Shown piece after piece: positions 25,196 to 35,913 of a stretch of DNA of 64,000 bases. The stretch spans positions 975 through 64,974 of the forward strand of contig CAYSOX010000007.1 of assembly GCA_964432825.1 (NCBI GenBank), given 5' to 3'. A program made the position numbers and the translations under genes. Numbering within the stretch: position 1 is the stretch's first letter; the number at the start of each line of letters is the position of its first letter. The notes beneath the pieces were generated by a model. It was not told the origin of the DNA. It made no database searches and saw only the letters and a list, made by a program, of their open reading frames with translations. This stretch comes from an uncultured Lachnospiraceae bacterium. Lineage in GTDB: Bacteria > Bacillota > Clostridia > Christensenellales > UBA1242.

Positions 25196-25897
25196 TTATT
25201 TTTGCGAATTATTTTCTTCCTCAATATTTTTATCTAATTCAATCTCTAGTTGAACCTCGTTTGAATTTTCAACTTCTTTTGTTCCAACCAAATGTGCCCA
25301 AGCCCGTCTTGTATAATTTACGCAAGAAAGTATACTGAATACACCCGCAATTGAAAGCAACACTATTCCAAAACAACCAAGATATTCAAGGGTGACATCA
25401 CTAAAAAGCAAAGTATTTTGTCCATTTTTTAGCATTCCACATAATGCGGAATATAAAAACAATGCGCCTAATGAAATATCCATAAGAATTGATTTGATTT
25501 TACCCCAAACATCAGCAGATATTATTAATCCCTTTGATGCGGACAACTGCCTTATGGTGCTCATCCACGAATCTCTTAATAAAAATACTAACATTATAAT
25601 GATTGATATCCATAATCCTATTACATTATACTCGGATAGAAGTACCAAAATAAGTGCAGAGGTTTGTAAAAATTTATCAGCAGCCGCATCTAAAAGTTTT
25701 CCCATATCACTAATTAAATTGTATTTTCTTGCAAGGTATCCATCTAACCAATCGGTTGATGATGCAAGTAAATACACTACAAATGCTAAAAGTTTACAAA
25801 TTCCATTTGGAATTAAAAACAATGCAATTACGATTGGTGTTAATACTATTCTTGAAAGTGATAAAATATTTGGAATGTTTTTATTAATTTTCTTCAT
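25196..25897 (-). CDS. pgsA: CDP-diacylglycerol--glycerol-3-phosphate 3-phosphatidyltransferase
   Basis: CDP-alcohol phosphatidyltransferase motif DGYLARKYNLISDMGKLLDAAADK. Multi-TM. Upstream of recA as in Bacilli and Clostridia. Confidence 0.85.
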   Translation of the reverse strand: MKKINKNIPNILSLSRIVLTPIVIALFLIPNGICKLLAFVVYLLASSTDWLDGYLARKYNLISDMGKLLDAAADKFLQTSALILVLLSEYNVIGLWISIIIMLVFLLRDSWMSTIRQLSASKGLIISADVWGKIKSILMDISLGALFLYSALCGMLKNGQNTLLFSDVTLEYLGCFGIVLLSIAGVFSILSCVNYTRRAWAHLVGTKEVENSNEVQLEIELDKNIEEENNSQK

Positions 25898-27278
25898 TAC
25901 GGTTTCCTCTTTGTTCGTTTTCTTCTATGTGGGCAAATAAATCGTATCCTTTTGCTTTATCAATTGTTGCCATATAAAATTCGCCCGGTTTTAATCTTCC
26001 GGCATTTGTGATATAAATTATTGTGTCTACATCAGGGGATTGATATTCGCTTCGGGCAATATCTCGACCACTTTCAAGGTCAACACCTTCATACAATACC
26101 TTTATTGTTTTGCCTATAAGTGAACGGTTATACTCTTTTACTATTTGTTTTTGAACCTTAACAGCCTTCAATAATCTTCGCTTTTTGGTAACCTCATCAA
26201 CTTGATTATCAAGCCGTGCAGCAACCGTTCCATCCTCTCTTGAGTAGGTAAAAAATCCGACATTTGGCATCTTGTATTCTTTTATAAAATCCAACAATTC
26301 ATTAAACTCTTTTTTAGTTTCACCCGGGAACCCTAAAATAAAAGTACTTCGGATTGCAATATCGGAATTGTCTTTTCGTAACAATTCCAAAGTTCTTACA
26401 AGGTCTCCCTTTTGAACTTTTCGATTCATTATTTTTAAAATTTCATTATTGCAATGCTGGAATGGAATATCTATATATTTGCACACTTTAGGATTGGTTT
26501 TTATTTCATTAATAACCTCATCGGTTAAATGCTCAGGATAACAATACAATAATCTAATCCACTTTAATTCTTTAATTTCACTCAATCGTTGAATAAGTTT
26601 TGCAAGCCTATTTTCTTTATATAAATCTTCACCATACTTAGACACATCTTGGGCAACAAGAATAATTTCTTTTGCACCATTTTTTACTAGGTCTTTGGCT
26701 TCTGCAATTATACTTTCAATTTTTCTTGACCTGAATCTTCCACGAATGTAAGGAATTAAACAATATGAGCAAAAGTTGTCGCAACCATCGGCTATCTTTA
26801 AATATGCATAAAAGTTTGGAGTTGTAACAACTCTTCCCTCTTCAACCGAATCTACATTATAATTTTCATCAACCTTTACAATATCACCTTTTTCGGGATT
26901 TTGCAAAAACTCTTTAGTGATTTCTACAATCTGCTTATAATCATTAGTTCCAAGGAATATATCCACCTCAGGAAAATCGTTTCTCAAATCTTTCAACCTA
27001 ATTTGAGGAAAACAACCGGTTACAATTAAGCAAATACACCTTCCATTTGTTCGGTAATTTGTCATTTCATCAATTGTTCTATAAGATTCATCCCTACTAG
27101 ACTGAATGAACGCACAAGTATTAATAATTATAATATCCGCCTCCGAAGGGTCACCCGTGAAGGAAACTCCCTCCGATTGTAAATAAGTCATCATATTTTC
27201 GGTATCAATTCGGTTTTTGTCGCATCCTAATGATATTACACCAATTTGCATACCCTTTAAACTAACTTCTTTTTTCAT
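25884..27278 (-). CDS. rimO: ribosomal protein S12 methylthiotransferase RimO (MiaB-family radical SAM)
   Basis: N-terminal MTTase domain, radical-SAM motif CDNFCSYC, C-terminal TRAM-like domain. rimO-pgsA neighbourhood. Confidence 0.8.
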   Translation of the reverse strand: MKKEVSLKGMQIGVISLGCDKNRIDTENMMTYLQSEGVSFTGDPSEADIIIINTCAFIQSSRDESYRTIDEMTNYRTNGRCICLIVTGCFPQIRLKDLRNDFPEVDIFLGTNDYKQIVEITKEFLQNPEKGDIVKVDENYNVDSVEEGRVVTTPNFYAYLKIADGCDNFCSYCLIPYIRGRFRSRKIESIIAEAKDLVKNGAKEIILVAQDVSKYGEDLYKENRLAKLIQRLSEIKELKWIRLLYCYPEHLTDEVINEIKTNPKVCKYIDIPFQHCNNEILKIMNRKVQKGDLVRTLELLRKDNSDIAIRSTFILGFPGETKKEFNELLDFIKEYKMPNVGFFTYSREDGTVAARLDNQVDEVTKKRRLLKAVKVQKQIVKEYNRSLIGKTIKVLYEGVDLESGRDIARSEYQSPDVDTIIYITNAGRLKPGEFYMATIDKAKGYDLFAHIEENEQRGNRNEEN

Positions 27279-27289
27279 AGATTTTTCCT

Positions 27290-30061
27290 CTAATTGACAT
27301 TATCGCCAAACTTTTCATTAAATTCTTCCATTGACATATGAACGGTTCGGAGTTTACTTCCTTTACCCGGTGAAATATATCCTGCAAGTTCCATCTGGTC
27401 TATAATTCGTGCGGCTCGTGAATAGCCAACCCTAAATCTTCTTTGAACCATATTAATTGATGCTCCGCCGGATTGAATGCAAAGTTTTAAGGCTGATGGG
27501 AGCAATTCGTCTTGGTCGGGATTTTCAGGGTCATATCCACCCGTTGTATCTATTGCTGATTTACCTTCTTGTTTTGGGTCGGTTAAAATTTCTCTTTCAA
27601 GGTCATCGTCAAAATTTATTTCGTTGTGGTCTTTTATATACTCTACCACCTTTTTAACCTCATCCATACTCATATAACCACCTTGAAGTCTTACAGTAAC
27701 ATTTGAATCTTGAGCCGAAACCAACATATCCCCATAACCTAAAAGTTTTTCAGCACCCGTTTCATCTAGAATAACCCTAGAATCCACCGAACTACCAAGC
27801 GACAACGCAACTCTTGTTGGTAAATTGTTTTTAATGGTTCCGGTGATTATATCGGCAGATGGTCTTTGGGTTGCAATCATCATATGTATACCACTAGCAC
27901 GACCTAGTTGAGCAAGTCTTGCAATCTTTTCTTCTACATCTTTTTTCCCGACCATCATCAAATCTGCAAGTTCATCTATCACAATTACTAGATATGGTAT
28001 CATTTGTTCTTCATGTGTTTCGGTTACACATTTAGAATGGTTAAAGTCTTGAATATTTTGGAAACCATATTGTTGCAACTTCTTAAAACGCCTATCCATT
28101 TCTTTAACCGCCCAACCCAATGCATTTATTGCTTTGTCACAATCACAGACGGCATTTGGTATCATCATATGAGGCATACCATTGTAGCACGAAAATTCAA
28201 CTCGCTTTGGGTCAATCATAATAAACCGCAATTGTGATGGTGAACATTTGTACATTAAACTTAAAATCAAACTATGCAAAAATACAGATTTACCCGAACC
28301 GGTTGAACCGGCAATAAGCATATGAACAAGTTTTGGAAGTGACTTAACCACCACTTCGCCAGTGATACTCTTACCAAGTGCAACAGGAAGGTTTACGCTA
28401 GAAGTTTGAAATTCTTTACTTTCAAGCATTTCACGAAGTCCAACCGTGCTCCGTTTATCATTTGCAACTTCTACACCAACGGCATTCTTCCCTGGGATTG
28501 GAGCCTCTATTCTGACACCGCCTTTGCTTCTAAGTGCTGCCGAAATATCGCTATCGTAAGATAATATTTTTCTAACACTTGTTCCATACGGCATACTTAA
28601 TTCATACTGGGTTACATTAGGACCTCTTACAACACCTATCACTTTTGCATCTACATTAAAACTACTCAAAACTTGCTCTAGCGCAGTACTTTTCTGCTCA
28701 AAATCGCCACCATATGTACTTTCGTCATCCGAACGATATTCAAGTATTGATGTAGGAGGTGGACAATATGCTTTATCTGTTTGAGGCTTGTATTTTGTCG
28801 GTTTGCCAATATTAATGCCTATAGGGATTTGCTCAGGTCCTGCTTTAGGCTTTGAGCCAAAGAATTTATCTATAGGGTTTCCAAGAGTTTCTTGATCGTC
28901 AGTACCATTTTCCATGCCTGTTGAACTAAACGGAGTGAACGGATCACCCACGCCACCACCGAAACGGTCACGACCTCGTCCTCTTCCTAAACCGTCAATC
29001 GTGCCTGTTTTAGAAGTGTCATCAATTTCTTCTGTAGGTTGTCCTATTATCTTCGTTATCCAATCCGGTGTAGTACCATCGGAGTCATCTATAATTGGAT
29101 CATCGTCGGTTGGATATTCGTCATCATTTTCCGAATAATCATCACCTATTATATATCCTTCGTCTTCTGTATTGTCTACATCGTCACCATTTGTTTCGTA
29201 ACCTTGCTCAACATCCTCTTTAGGCGAATACACATAAACGCCATTTTCATCCTTAGTGTATACATAAGGTGTGGATGGTTTTTTATATGTATAAGGGTCG
29301 GTAATTGGAACCGCATTTTGAGGCGATGAATTTTCTGTTATATCATTATACCCATTTTTATCACCTGAAGTGTATCCACCATCAAAGTTAAAGGGTTCAG
29401 ACTCCATGTCATCTTCTTGCCCATTGTCAGCACCTGTATTTACTTTAGATGAATCTTCTAAAAGTCCACCGATTGTATCCGTCTTGGCAGTTTTTTCGTC
29501 ATCGACATACCTAGTGTTTGCCGTTGCTTTGATTTTTCTTCTATCCATACTTTTAATATTTAGATAATAATCGGCGGTTATGGCAACAAAAATAACTAGT
29601 ACTATGCCAAACATAATACATGCACCAACACCACTAAGTAAACACATAATTGGATAAGTGAATATGCTAAGAATCACTCCGCCTACGGTTACCCCTGACT
29701 GATATGTGACAACACTTTTTAAAAGGCTAAAATAATTAGAAAATTTGATTCCGTCTGTTTTTGCGAAATCAATCAAAAATGCCGTATGCAACAACATCGC
29801 CAAACTTATTGTTACACCTATAATGTATGCCAAATTTTTGTTTGACATAGAAAATCTCATATTAAGCGAATATGCAATACTTATTAGTATCCCTAAAATC
29901 ATCATAGGATAAAACATCAATCCAAAAATGCCTAAAATAAAATTGGTTATTTTATGCAAACCCGAAAAAAAAGTTAAAAGTGTAATGAGGGATAATATAC
30001 CCGCTACCACTATCCCCTTCCATTTAATTTCTTTTTTTACCTTTCTTGAATTAAAATACAC
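27290..30061 (-). CDS. ftsK: DNA translocase FtsK/SpoIIIE
   Basis: N-terminal TM helices, acidic low-complexity linker, motor domain with Walker A GSTGSGKS, C-terminal gamma winged helix (RRFRVGYSRAARIIDQME). Confidence 0.93.
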   Translation of the reverse strand: MYFNSRKVKKEIKWKGIVVAGILSLITLLTFFSGLHKITNFILGIFGLMFYPMMILGILISIAYSLNMRFSMSNKNLAYIIGVTISLAMLLHTAFLIDFAKTDGIKFSNYFSLLKSVVTYQSGVTVGGVILSIFTYPIMCLLSGVGACIMFGIVLVIFVAITADYYLNIKSMDRRKIKATANTRYVDDEKTAKTDTIGGLLEDSSKVNTGADNGQEDDMESEPFNFDGGYTSGDKNGYNDITENSSPQNAVPITDPYTYKKPSTPYVYTKDENGVYVYSPKEDVEQGYETNGDDVDNTEDEGYIIGDDYSENDDEYPTDDDPIIDDSDGTTPDWITKIIGQPTEEIDDTSKTGTIDGLGRGRGRDRFGGGVGDPFTPFSSTGMENGTDDQETLGNPIDKFFGSKPKAGPEQIPIGINIGKPTKYKPQTDKAYCPPPTSILEYRSDDESTYGGDFEQKSTALEQVLSSFNVDAKVIGVVRGPNVTQYELSMPYGTSVRKILSYDSDISAALRSKGGVRIEAPIPGKNAVGVEVANDKRSTVGLREMLESKEFQTSSVNLPVALGKSITGEVVVKSLPKLVHMLIAGSTGSGKSVFLHSLILSLMYKCSPSQLRFIMIDPKRVEFSCYNGMPHMMIPNAVCDCDKAINALGWAVKEMDRRFKKLQQYGFQNIQDFNHSKCVTETHEEQMIPYLVIVIDELADLMMVGKKDVEEKIARLAQLGRASGIHMMIATQRPSADIITGTIKNNLPTRVALSLGSSVDSRVILDETGAEKLLGYGDMLVSAQDSNVTVRLQGGYMSMDEVKKVVEYIKDHNEINFDDDLEREILTDPKQEGKSAIDTTGGYDPENPDQDELLPSALKLCIQSGGASINMVQRRFRVGYSRAARIIDQMELAGYISPGKGSKLRTVHMSMEEFNEKFGDNVN

Positions 30062-30266
30062 TTAAACGACACCACTCCTACTTAATCTAAATATTTTTCC
30101 TATTAATTTTACCATAAATATTGGCAAATTTGCAAATAAATTTATATACTAAAATTTAATTGTTTCTCTGAGTATTATCATATACTAACTTCAAATCTTT
30201 TTTAGCACCGAACATTTTTCTGAACGCTAAAAATAACTATATTCTAAAATTGATATACAAAAAAGT

Positions 30267-31496
30267 TTATTCTACGATTGATATATGCAATTCGTCTAAA
30301 TTAACGACCTCCCGAAAAACGCTTTCGCACTCGGCTTTTGTCATTGATTTTAAGTCGGCTAAAATCTCGTCTGTATCCTCAACCTTACCTGTATATGCAA
30401 AATAAGATAAATTTATATAAATATCGTCTTGTTGCATTAAAAAACTATTCACTAAAACGCTTTTTGCGGTTTCAAACTCCTCGTCGGTTATGCCGTTATC
30501 TAAAACATTTTGCAATTCCTTTTTTACCGCATCTATTGCAATATCACGGTTCTTTTTAGATGTTGCAAAGTCTATAAGCATAAACCCATTGTTTTTGTAA
30601 TAATACTTATCGGTATAAATACTATAGCAAAGAGACATTTCATTTCTAAGTTTTTTAAAAAGCCTTGAACTCATACTTCCACCCAAAATAAATGCCATAA
30701 GCGAAAATCTTCGGCGATTTGGGTTTAATGCATCCATAGTGTATAATCCCATCATAACATTTGATTGAAATAAATCTTTGGTGTTAATCACCGTGTTGGT
30801 TGCACGCTTTATGTTTGGAAGATAGGTTTTTACAAAAGATTCGTTGCCGTCAATTTCTTTAAACCGCTCTGAAAAATATGTTTGAACCAACGACTTAATC
30901 TCTTCAATATCAAAATCACCTATTACCGAAATAATTGTGTTTTGTGGGATGTAATGTGAATTTCTAAAGTTTATAAGTTCTTCTCTTGTAACCTTTGTTA
31001 ATAATTCAGGTACACCGGCAATATCATACCCCATTGGAGTATTGCTAAACATACTTTCCATAAGTTTATCAAATGCAAAATGAGGTGGATTGTCATTACA
31101 CATTTTAATTTCTTCAATTATTATTTGTTTTTCTTTTTCTAGTCCCTTTTCATCAAAGACGCTGTCAAAAAACATTGACGAAAACAACTCAAACACGCGT
31201 TTTACATTAAATTTTGGGAAGTGTGCCTTATAAGTTGTAAATTCGTTTGAGGTGCTAGCATTGGTGTTTGCACAAATTTTATCAAACTCAACACTAAGTT
31301 CCTCTTGGGAATAGTCTTTTGTTCCTTTAAACATTGAATGCTCCAATAAATGTGCCAATCCTTTTGGACTACTTTCATTTTCGCTACCAGTTAGTACCAA
31401 AATATCAAGCGAGGCCTTAACCTTGTTTGTCTCCTTCTTTTTAAAAATAAGCCTTAAACCATTTTCATACTCTACTATAATTTCTTTCTTCTTCAT
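30267..31496 (-). CDS. M16 (pitrilysin) family zinc peptidase, catalytic subunit
   Basis: HxxEH zinc motif HLLEHSMFKG. Start set at ATG 31496 behind GGAGGA. The TTG at 31514 in the track lies inside the RBS. Confidence 0.85.
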   Translation of the reverse strand: MKKKEIIVEYENGLRLIFKKKETNKVKASLDILVLTGSENESSPKGLAHLLEHSMFKGTKDYSQEELSVEFDKICANTNASTSNEFTTYKAHFPKFNVKRVFELFSSMFFDSVFDEKGLEKEKQIIIEEIKMCNDNPPHFAFDKLMESMFSNTPMGYDIAGVPELLTKVTREELINFRNSHYIPQNTIISVIGDFDIEEIKSLVQTYFSERFKEIDGNESFVKTYLPNIKRATNTVINTKDLFQSNVMMGLYTMDALNPNRRRFSLMAFILGGSMSSRLFKKLRNEMSLCYSIYTDKYYYKNNGFMLIDFATSKKNRDIAIDAVKKELQNVLDNGITDEEFETAKSVLVNSFLMQQDDIYINLSYFAYTGKVEDTDEILADLKSMTKAECESVFREVVNLDELHISIVE

Positions 31497-31503
31497 TATT
31501 ATT

Positions 31504-32781
31504 TTATCCTCCAATCTCTAAAAAGGGATTAAACTCTTTATCAATTTTTCCTATCGCAACTACCAATACCGAATTAAAATCCAGTGTTTTTACGCAAGTA
31601 ATATTAAAATTATCGTAACTCAAGGAGGAAATTTGCTGTAATTCGTTATCCAAATTGAAAAGTTCATCCTTTAAAAACAACATCTTGTTATACCTCACAG
31701 CAATTGTTTGAGGTGTGGTATGCTGAAGTGCAACCTCGGTTTTATATTTATCCAGCATTATATTAAACTCTTGACGCGTAATCTGTTCACTTTTAAGTTT
31801 TTTAAGTGACTTAACCACGCAATGATAAACATCTTCAGCCACCGCACTATCTACAGCAAAGGTAATAGAAATATGGCTATTGTTTTTAAACTGGCGAACA
31901 ACAACATCCACCCCATACACTCCCGAAACCATTTTTAATTCCATTCTTAGGTATAAATTTAAATACATTTCAAAAATTTTAGAATACTTATACCCTGCAG
32001 ATTCGTGTGGTGCCGTTGGAAAACTGATTTGAAACCTTGTTTGGTTTAGTGGTTTATTTTTTGAAATAAATACCGGACTTTGCAAAGCAACTGGCGGTGT
32101 GGAACGCGGTCTCCTTCGACCATTCTTTTCCATTATTCTAATATAAAAATATTGATTTATAAACGACTGAACCTTATCAAAAGCCTCAGCAGTTGTTAAA
32201 TTTTCTCCATTTTCATTTTTTTGTAAAGTTAATTCACCAACTATGGAAAGCAAAACATTTTCTGGAAGTAAACAATCATGTAAAAATGCACGAACATCCT
32301 CAAGGGTTATGGTTTGCAAAGTCTTTGCATTACCTAAAACCGTTGTGGATAGATTAGTCCCTTTATAAATATATTTTTGAGTAAGATTGTTTAACAACGC
32401 CGTTGGATTAAAACTTTCCTTTTCAATCTCTTGTGTAATTTTAAAAATTTCTCTATCCAAACTTGCCTGCTTTGGGAAAAAGTCAAAAATGCATTCGCTA
32501 AGTGCCTTTAAACACTTTTCTAATGCACTTGATTGACAAGACACATTAAATTCAATATGTTCAAAATCAGTTTTCGTTTCAATAATTCCACCGAACTCCG
32601 AAACACTAGCCGACAAATTCGACCTAATTAAGCGTTCTATCAAATGCGATATTCCCGACTTTCCCTTAGGTTCCAATTCAGCACCAATACAAATACTCAA
32701 CGACACTGCAACCATTCGGCAATCTTTATTACAAATAACCGCTTTAAACTTGTTTGGAAAATTAATCAATTTATGTTCCAT
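31504..32781 (-). CDS. M16 family peptidase-like protein, probably non-catalytic partner
   Basis: M16 fold-type sequence, but HxxEH is replaced by SHLIERL. Paired with the catalytic paralog, as ymfF/ymfH are in Bacillus. Confidence 0.75.
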   Translation of the reverse strand: MEHKLINFPNKFKAVICNKDCRMVAVSLSICIGAELEPKGKSGISHLIERLIRSNLSASVSEFGGIIETKTDFEHIEFNVSCQSSALEKCLKALSECIFDFFPKQASLDREIFKITQEIEKESFNPTALLNNLTQKYIYKGTNLSTTVLGNAKTLQTITLEDVRAFLHDCLLPENVLLSIVGELTLQKNENGENLTTAEAFDKVQSFINQYFYIRIMEKNGRRRPRSTPPVALQSPVFISKNKPLNQTRFQISFPTAPHESAGYKYSKIFEMYLNLYLRMELKMVSGVYGVDVVVRQFKNNSHISITFAVDSAVAEDVYHCVVKSLKKLKSEQITRQEFNIMLDKYKTEVALQHTTPQTIAVRYNKMLFLKDELFNLDNELQQISSLSYDNFNITCVKTLDFNSVLVVAIGKIDKEFNPFLEIGG

Positions 32782-32815
32782 ACACTTTCTCCTTATGTTC
32801 CATACACTTTCTCCT
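32771..32815. repeat. perfect 22-bp tandem duplication covering RBS + ATG
   Basis: tatgttccatacactttctcct occurs twice (32772-32793 and 32794-32815). On the minus strand this reads AGGAGAAAGTGTATGGAACATA twice. Confidence 0.9.
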
Positions 32816-33179
32816 AAGTTAGACTTTGATTTAATTATAACCTAAACACAACAAATTTTACAAATAAATTGCCATAATATTTTGAATTGTTTGGTTAAAC
32901 CCTTTGTTATTCCGCCTCGACCTTTAACTGGTAAGCAAAATGGGTCGAACAAAATTTTTAAACTTAGTGCAAATCAAAAAAGTTTTAAAAATTATTTTTA
33001 ATATTGTCAGCACAGGAGTTGATATCCACAATATAAAACAACAACCACCCCTCACCTCAAACAGTTTATTGGAGTGATTTTTAAGTAAGCACAAAGAAAG
33101 CCCAAACAGAATTGTTCGGGCTTTGCGGGGCGGATATTATCCACCCCCTACAACTATCGTATTGAAATCTTTTTAATTA

Positions 33180-33520
33180 AGGGAAATTTTTATCCTCATT
33201 TGGGGAGGATTTTAAAATTGGGTTAATCACATCCCCGAATTTGTTGAGGAGAGTTGCGAACCGCTTATTGGTGTAACTCTTAAATTGTGCTAATCACTTC
33301 CCGTATTTATTGGGGAGAGTTGCAAACCGCTTATTGGTGTAACTCTTAAATTGTGCTAATCACTTCCCGTATTTATTGGGGAGAGTTGCAAACCACATTT
33401 GGGTGCAACTCTTAAATTATACTAATCACTTCCCGTATTTATTGGGGAGAGTTGCAAACCACATTGGGTGTAACTCTTAAATTATGCTAATTACCTCCCC
33501 GTATTTGTTGAGGGAAAAAG
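33180..33520. repeat. about 66-bp tandem array (about 4.5-5 units), each unit with two hairpins
   Basis: Unit starts (taatcac) at 33224, 33291, 33357, 33423 and 33488. Unit hairpins are agagttgca..tg(c/t)aactct and cttccc..ggggag. Variation is concentrated in the loop. Confidence 0.85.
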
Positions 33521-34690
33521 TTAACCATCGATTACAATATGTTCTATAGAATTGAAGCATTCTTCAACTAATGCATCTACATCTAAACGGGCTTCTTGGT
33601 CTAGCACTTTTTGAAGTTTTGGTTTTATTACTGGGCTATCTGGCAAGAAAACTGTGCAACAATCGTCGTATGGGCGGATGCTAATATCGTAACTACCTAT
33701 CTTTTCGGCTAGGCAAATGGTTTCAATTTTATCAAATCCTATAAGCGGTTTAAAAAATGGCTTACCGGACTGAAGTACCGCACCAATGGTCGTCATACTC
33801 TCTAGTGTCTGACTTGCTACTTGTGCTAAACTTTCACCGCTCACTAAACTGCCTATATTTTTCTCACTTGCTAGTCTTTCGGCTATTCTTAACATAAATC
33901 GGCGAACTAGGGTAATCATATAATCTGGGTGACAATTTTCGTGAATTTGCTCTTGAATTTTTGCTATATTACAAACATACAAATTTGTTCGTCCGTTATA
34001 ACCCGCCAATACGGTGGCAAGTTCTATTGCCTTTTCTTTTGCTTGAGGCGAGGTATACGGAAAACTTTCAAAATGCAATGCTGTAAGTTTAAGTCCTCGC
34101 TTTGCCATCATATATCCCGCTACTGGGCTATCTATTCCGCCAGACAATAATAATAGTCCACTTCCCGCCGTTCCGACCGGCATTCCACCAACGCCAAATA
34201 TTTCATCGGTAAAAACATATGCTTTATGGTTTACGCGAATATCTATCTCCAAATTGGTATTAGGGTTATGCAAGTCCACCGACAAATCTTTATATTCACT
34301 TAAAATCTTTCCGCCCAACTCTTTAGAAAAGTCCATTGAGGATACTGGGAAGGTTTTATCCGCCCTTTTGGTTGTAACCCTAAATGTTCCTCTTTTATTC
34401 TTCATAATTTGTAGTGCAATTTCTAAAATATTTTCGGGTGTCGCGTCAACCTCAAATGCCGGCGACAATGAATATACACCTGCAACTTTTGAAAGTTTGT
34501 TTTGCAAACTTAGTCGGTCTGCTTGCTTAAAATTTGTTATTATAAGTCTACCCGCGGTGGTTTCTATATCCGCACCAAATGGCTCTATTACTCTTGATAT
34601 ATTAGTCTTTAATGCCTTTTCAAAAAAACCACGGTTTTTACCTTTTAAATATATTTCTCCATATCTTACTATTATAGTCTGTAATTCCAT
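33521..34690 (-). CDS. thiI: tRNA 4-thiouridine synthase ThiI
   Basis: N-terminal ferredoxin-like and THUMP domains (IVRYGEIYLKGKNR). PP-loop SGGIDSPVA. Confidence 0.9.
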   Translation of the reverse strand: MELQTIIVRYGEIYLKGKNRGFFEKALKTNISRVIEPFGADIETTAGRLIITNFKQADRLSLQNKLSKVAGVYSLSPAFEVDATPENILEIALQIMKNKRGTFRVTTKRADKTFPVSSMDFSKELGGKILSEYKDLSVDLHNPNTNLEIDIRVNHKAYVFTDEIFGVGGMPVGTAGSGLLLLSGGIDSPVAGYMMAKRGLKLTALHFESFPYTSPQAKEKAIELATVLAGYNGRTNLYVCNIAKIQEQIHENCHPDYMITLVRRFMLRIAERLASEKNIGSLVSGESLAQVASQTLESMTTIGAVLQSGKPFFKPLIGFDKIETICLAEKIGSYDISIRPYDDCCTVFLPDSPVIKPKLQKVLDQEARLDVDALVEECFNSIEHIVIDG

Positions 34691-34773
34691 CTACCTATTT
34701 CCTTTTAACTTTTAATCTTTAATGATTGTGTGATAATAAACGCATAATAAAATATAAATGCTTTACAATCTTC

Positions 34774-35913
34774 CTATTTTCTTTTTATTTCTTTTACACA
34801 CTCTATTACCTTAGTGGTTATATAGTCACTGTCGTAATTTGTGCTTTCTGGCTCAAATGAAAATCTAATATTGCCTTCTACCTCTGCTTTTGTTTTACCT
34901 AATCCCTCTAAAACTCGGTTTCCACTATGGTGAGAATTGCACGCCGAACCCGTTCCAACTAAAATTCCAAATCTTTCTAAACTATGCAACAATATCTCTG
35001 CACGAATACCAACAAAGGACACACTTAAAATGTAGGGCGACGAATTTTCCATTGAACCATTTAGGTGAACTATTATATTTTCTGCCTCTGCCCTTTTTGT
35101 TAAGCGTTCCCAAAACAACTCCTTAAATTCTTTAACCTTTTTATAGTCATCCTCAAGTGTGGCTTGGTGAATCTTAACCGAATTTATAAACCCCTTAACG
35201 CAAGGAAGGTTTTCAGTTCCACTGCGTACGCCATTTTCTTGCCCGCCTCCCAATATTTGAGGTAAGACTTTGCATTTTTTACGAACTACCAAAACTCCCA
35301 CACCTTTTGGTCCATTAACCTTATGGCTTGAAAGTGTTAAATAATCTACTCCCCATTCTTCCATAAAAATTGGAACCTTGCAAAAACCTTGAACGGCATC
35401 CACATGAACTAAAACCTTAGGATTGATTGATTTTGCAATTTCTACAATCTGCTTAATATCGTTAACACTACCTGTTTCATTATTTACTAGCATCACCGAT
35501 ACAAACCCAACCGCACCATCCATCCGTTTTGAAAAATCGTCTATATCCAATCTTCCGTCTGCCGTTAATGATAGAAACTCAATATTGAAATTATCCTTTT
35601 TATCTGCATTTGCTGGCTCATAAACCGAAGAATGCTCTCCGCCCGAAATTAAACTTTTATAATGCTTTGATATAAGTGTATTTAGTACAAGGTTATTACT
35701 TTCGGTTGCTGACCCTGTAAAATAGCAATCATAGTTTATTGCGCCTACCGAATTTAATAAAACCTTTCTGCACTCATTAAGTTCCTTTTGAGTGTTTAGC
35801 GCTTCGGCATATTTGGCGGAAGGATTAAAATAATCATTGATTAGTGCATCCTTAATTATTTCGGCACTTGACTCAAAACATCTTGTTGTGCTTGCATTGT
35901 CTAAAAAATACAT
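34774..35913 (-). CDS. cysteine desulfurase (class V aminotransferase), ThiI partner
   Basis: PLP-Lys motif SSHKVNGPKGVG. Active-site Cys in GTGSACNS. Start uncertain: ATG 35913 preferred (YFLDNAST), track TTG at 35934. Confidence 0.85.
   Translation of the reverse strand: MYFLDNASTTRCFESSAEIIKDALINDYFNPSAKYAEALNTQKELNECRKVLLNSVGAINYDCYFTGSATESNNLVLNTLISKHYKSLISGGEHSSVYEPANADKKDNFNIEFLSLTADGRLDIDDFSKRMDGAVGFVSVMLVNNETGSVNDIKQIVEIAKSINPKVLVHVDAVQGFCKVPIFMEEWGVDYLTLSSHKVNGPKGVGVLVVRKKCKVLPQILGGGQENGVRSGTENLPCVKGFINSVKIHQATLEDDYKKVKEFKELFWERLTKRAEAENIIVHLNGSMENSSPYILSVSFVGIRAEILLHSLERFGILVGTGSACNSHHSGNRVLEGLGKTKAEVEGNIRFSFEPESTNYDSDYITTKVIECVKEIKRK

Noticed and set aside
33180-33520. Regularly spaced repeats with hairpin potential that look superficially like a CRISPR array.
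   Set aside because: The whole 66-bp unit repeats head to tail. There are no unique spacers between the conserved parts, only small loop variation. No cas genes or leader are nearby.
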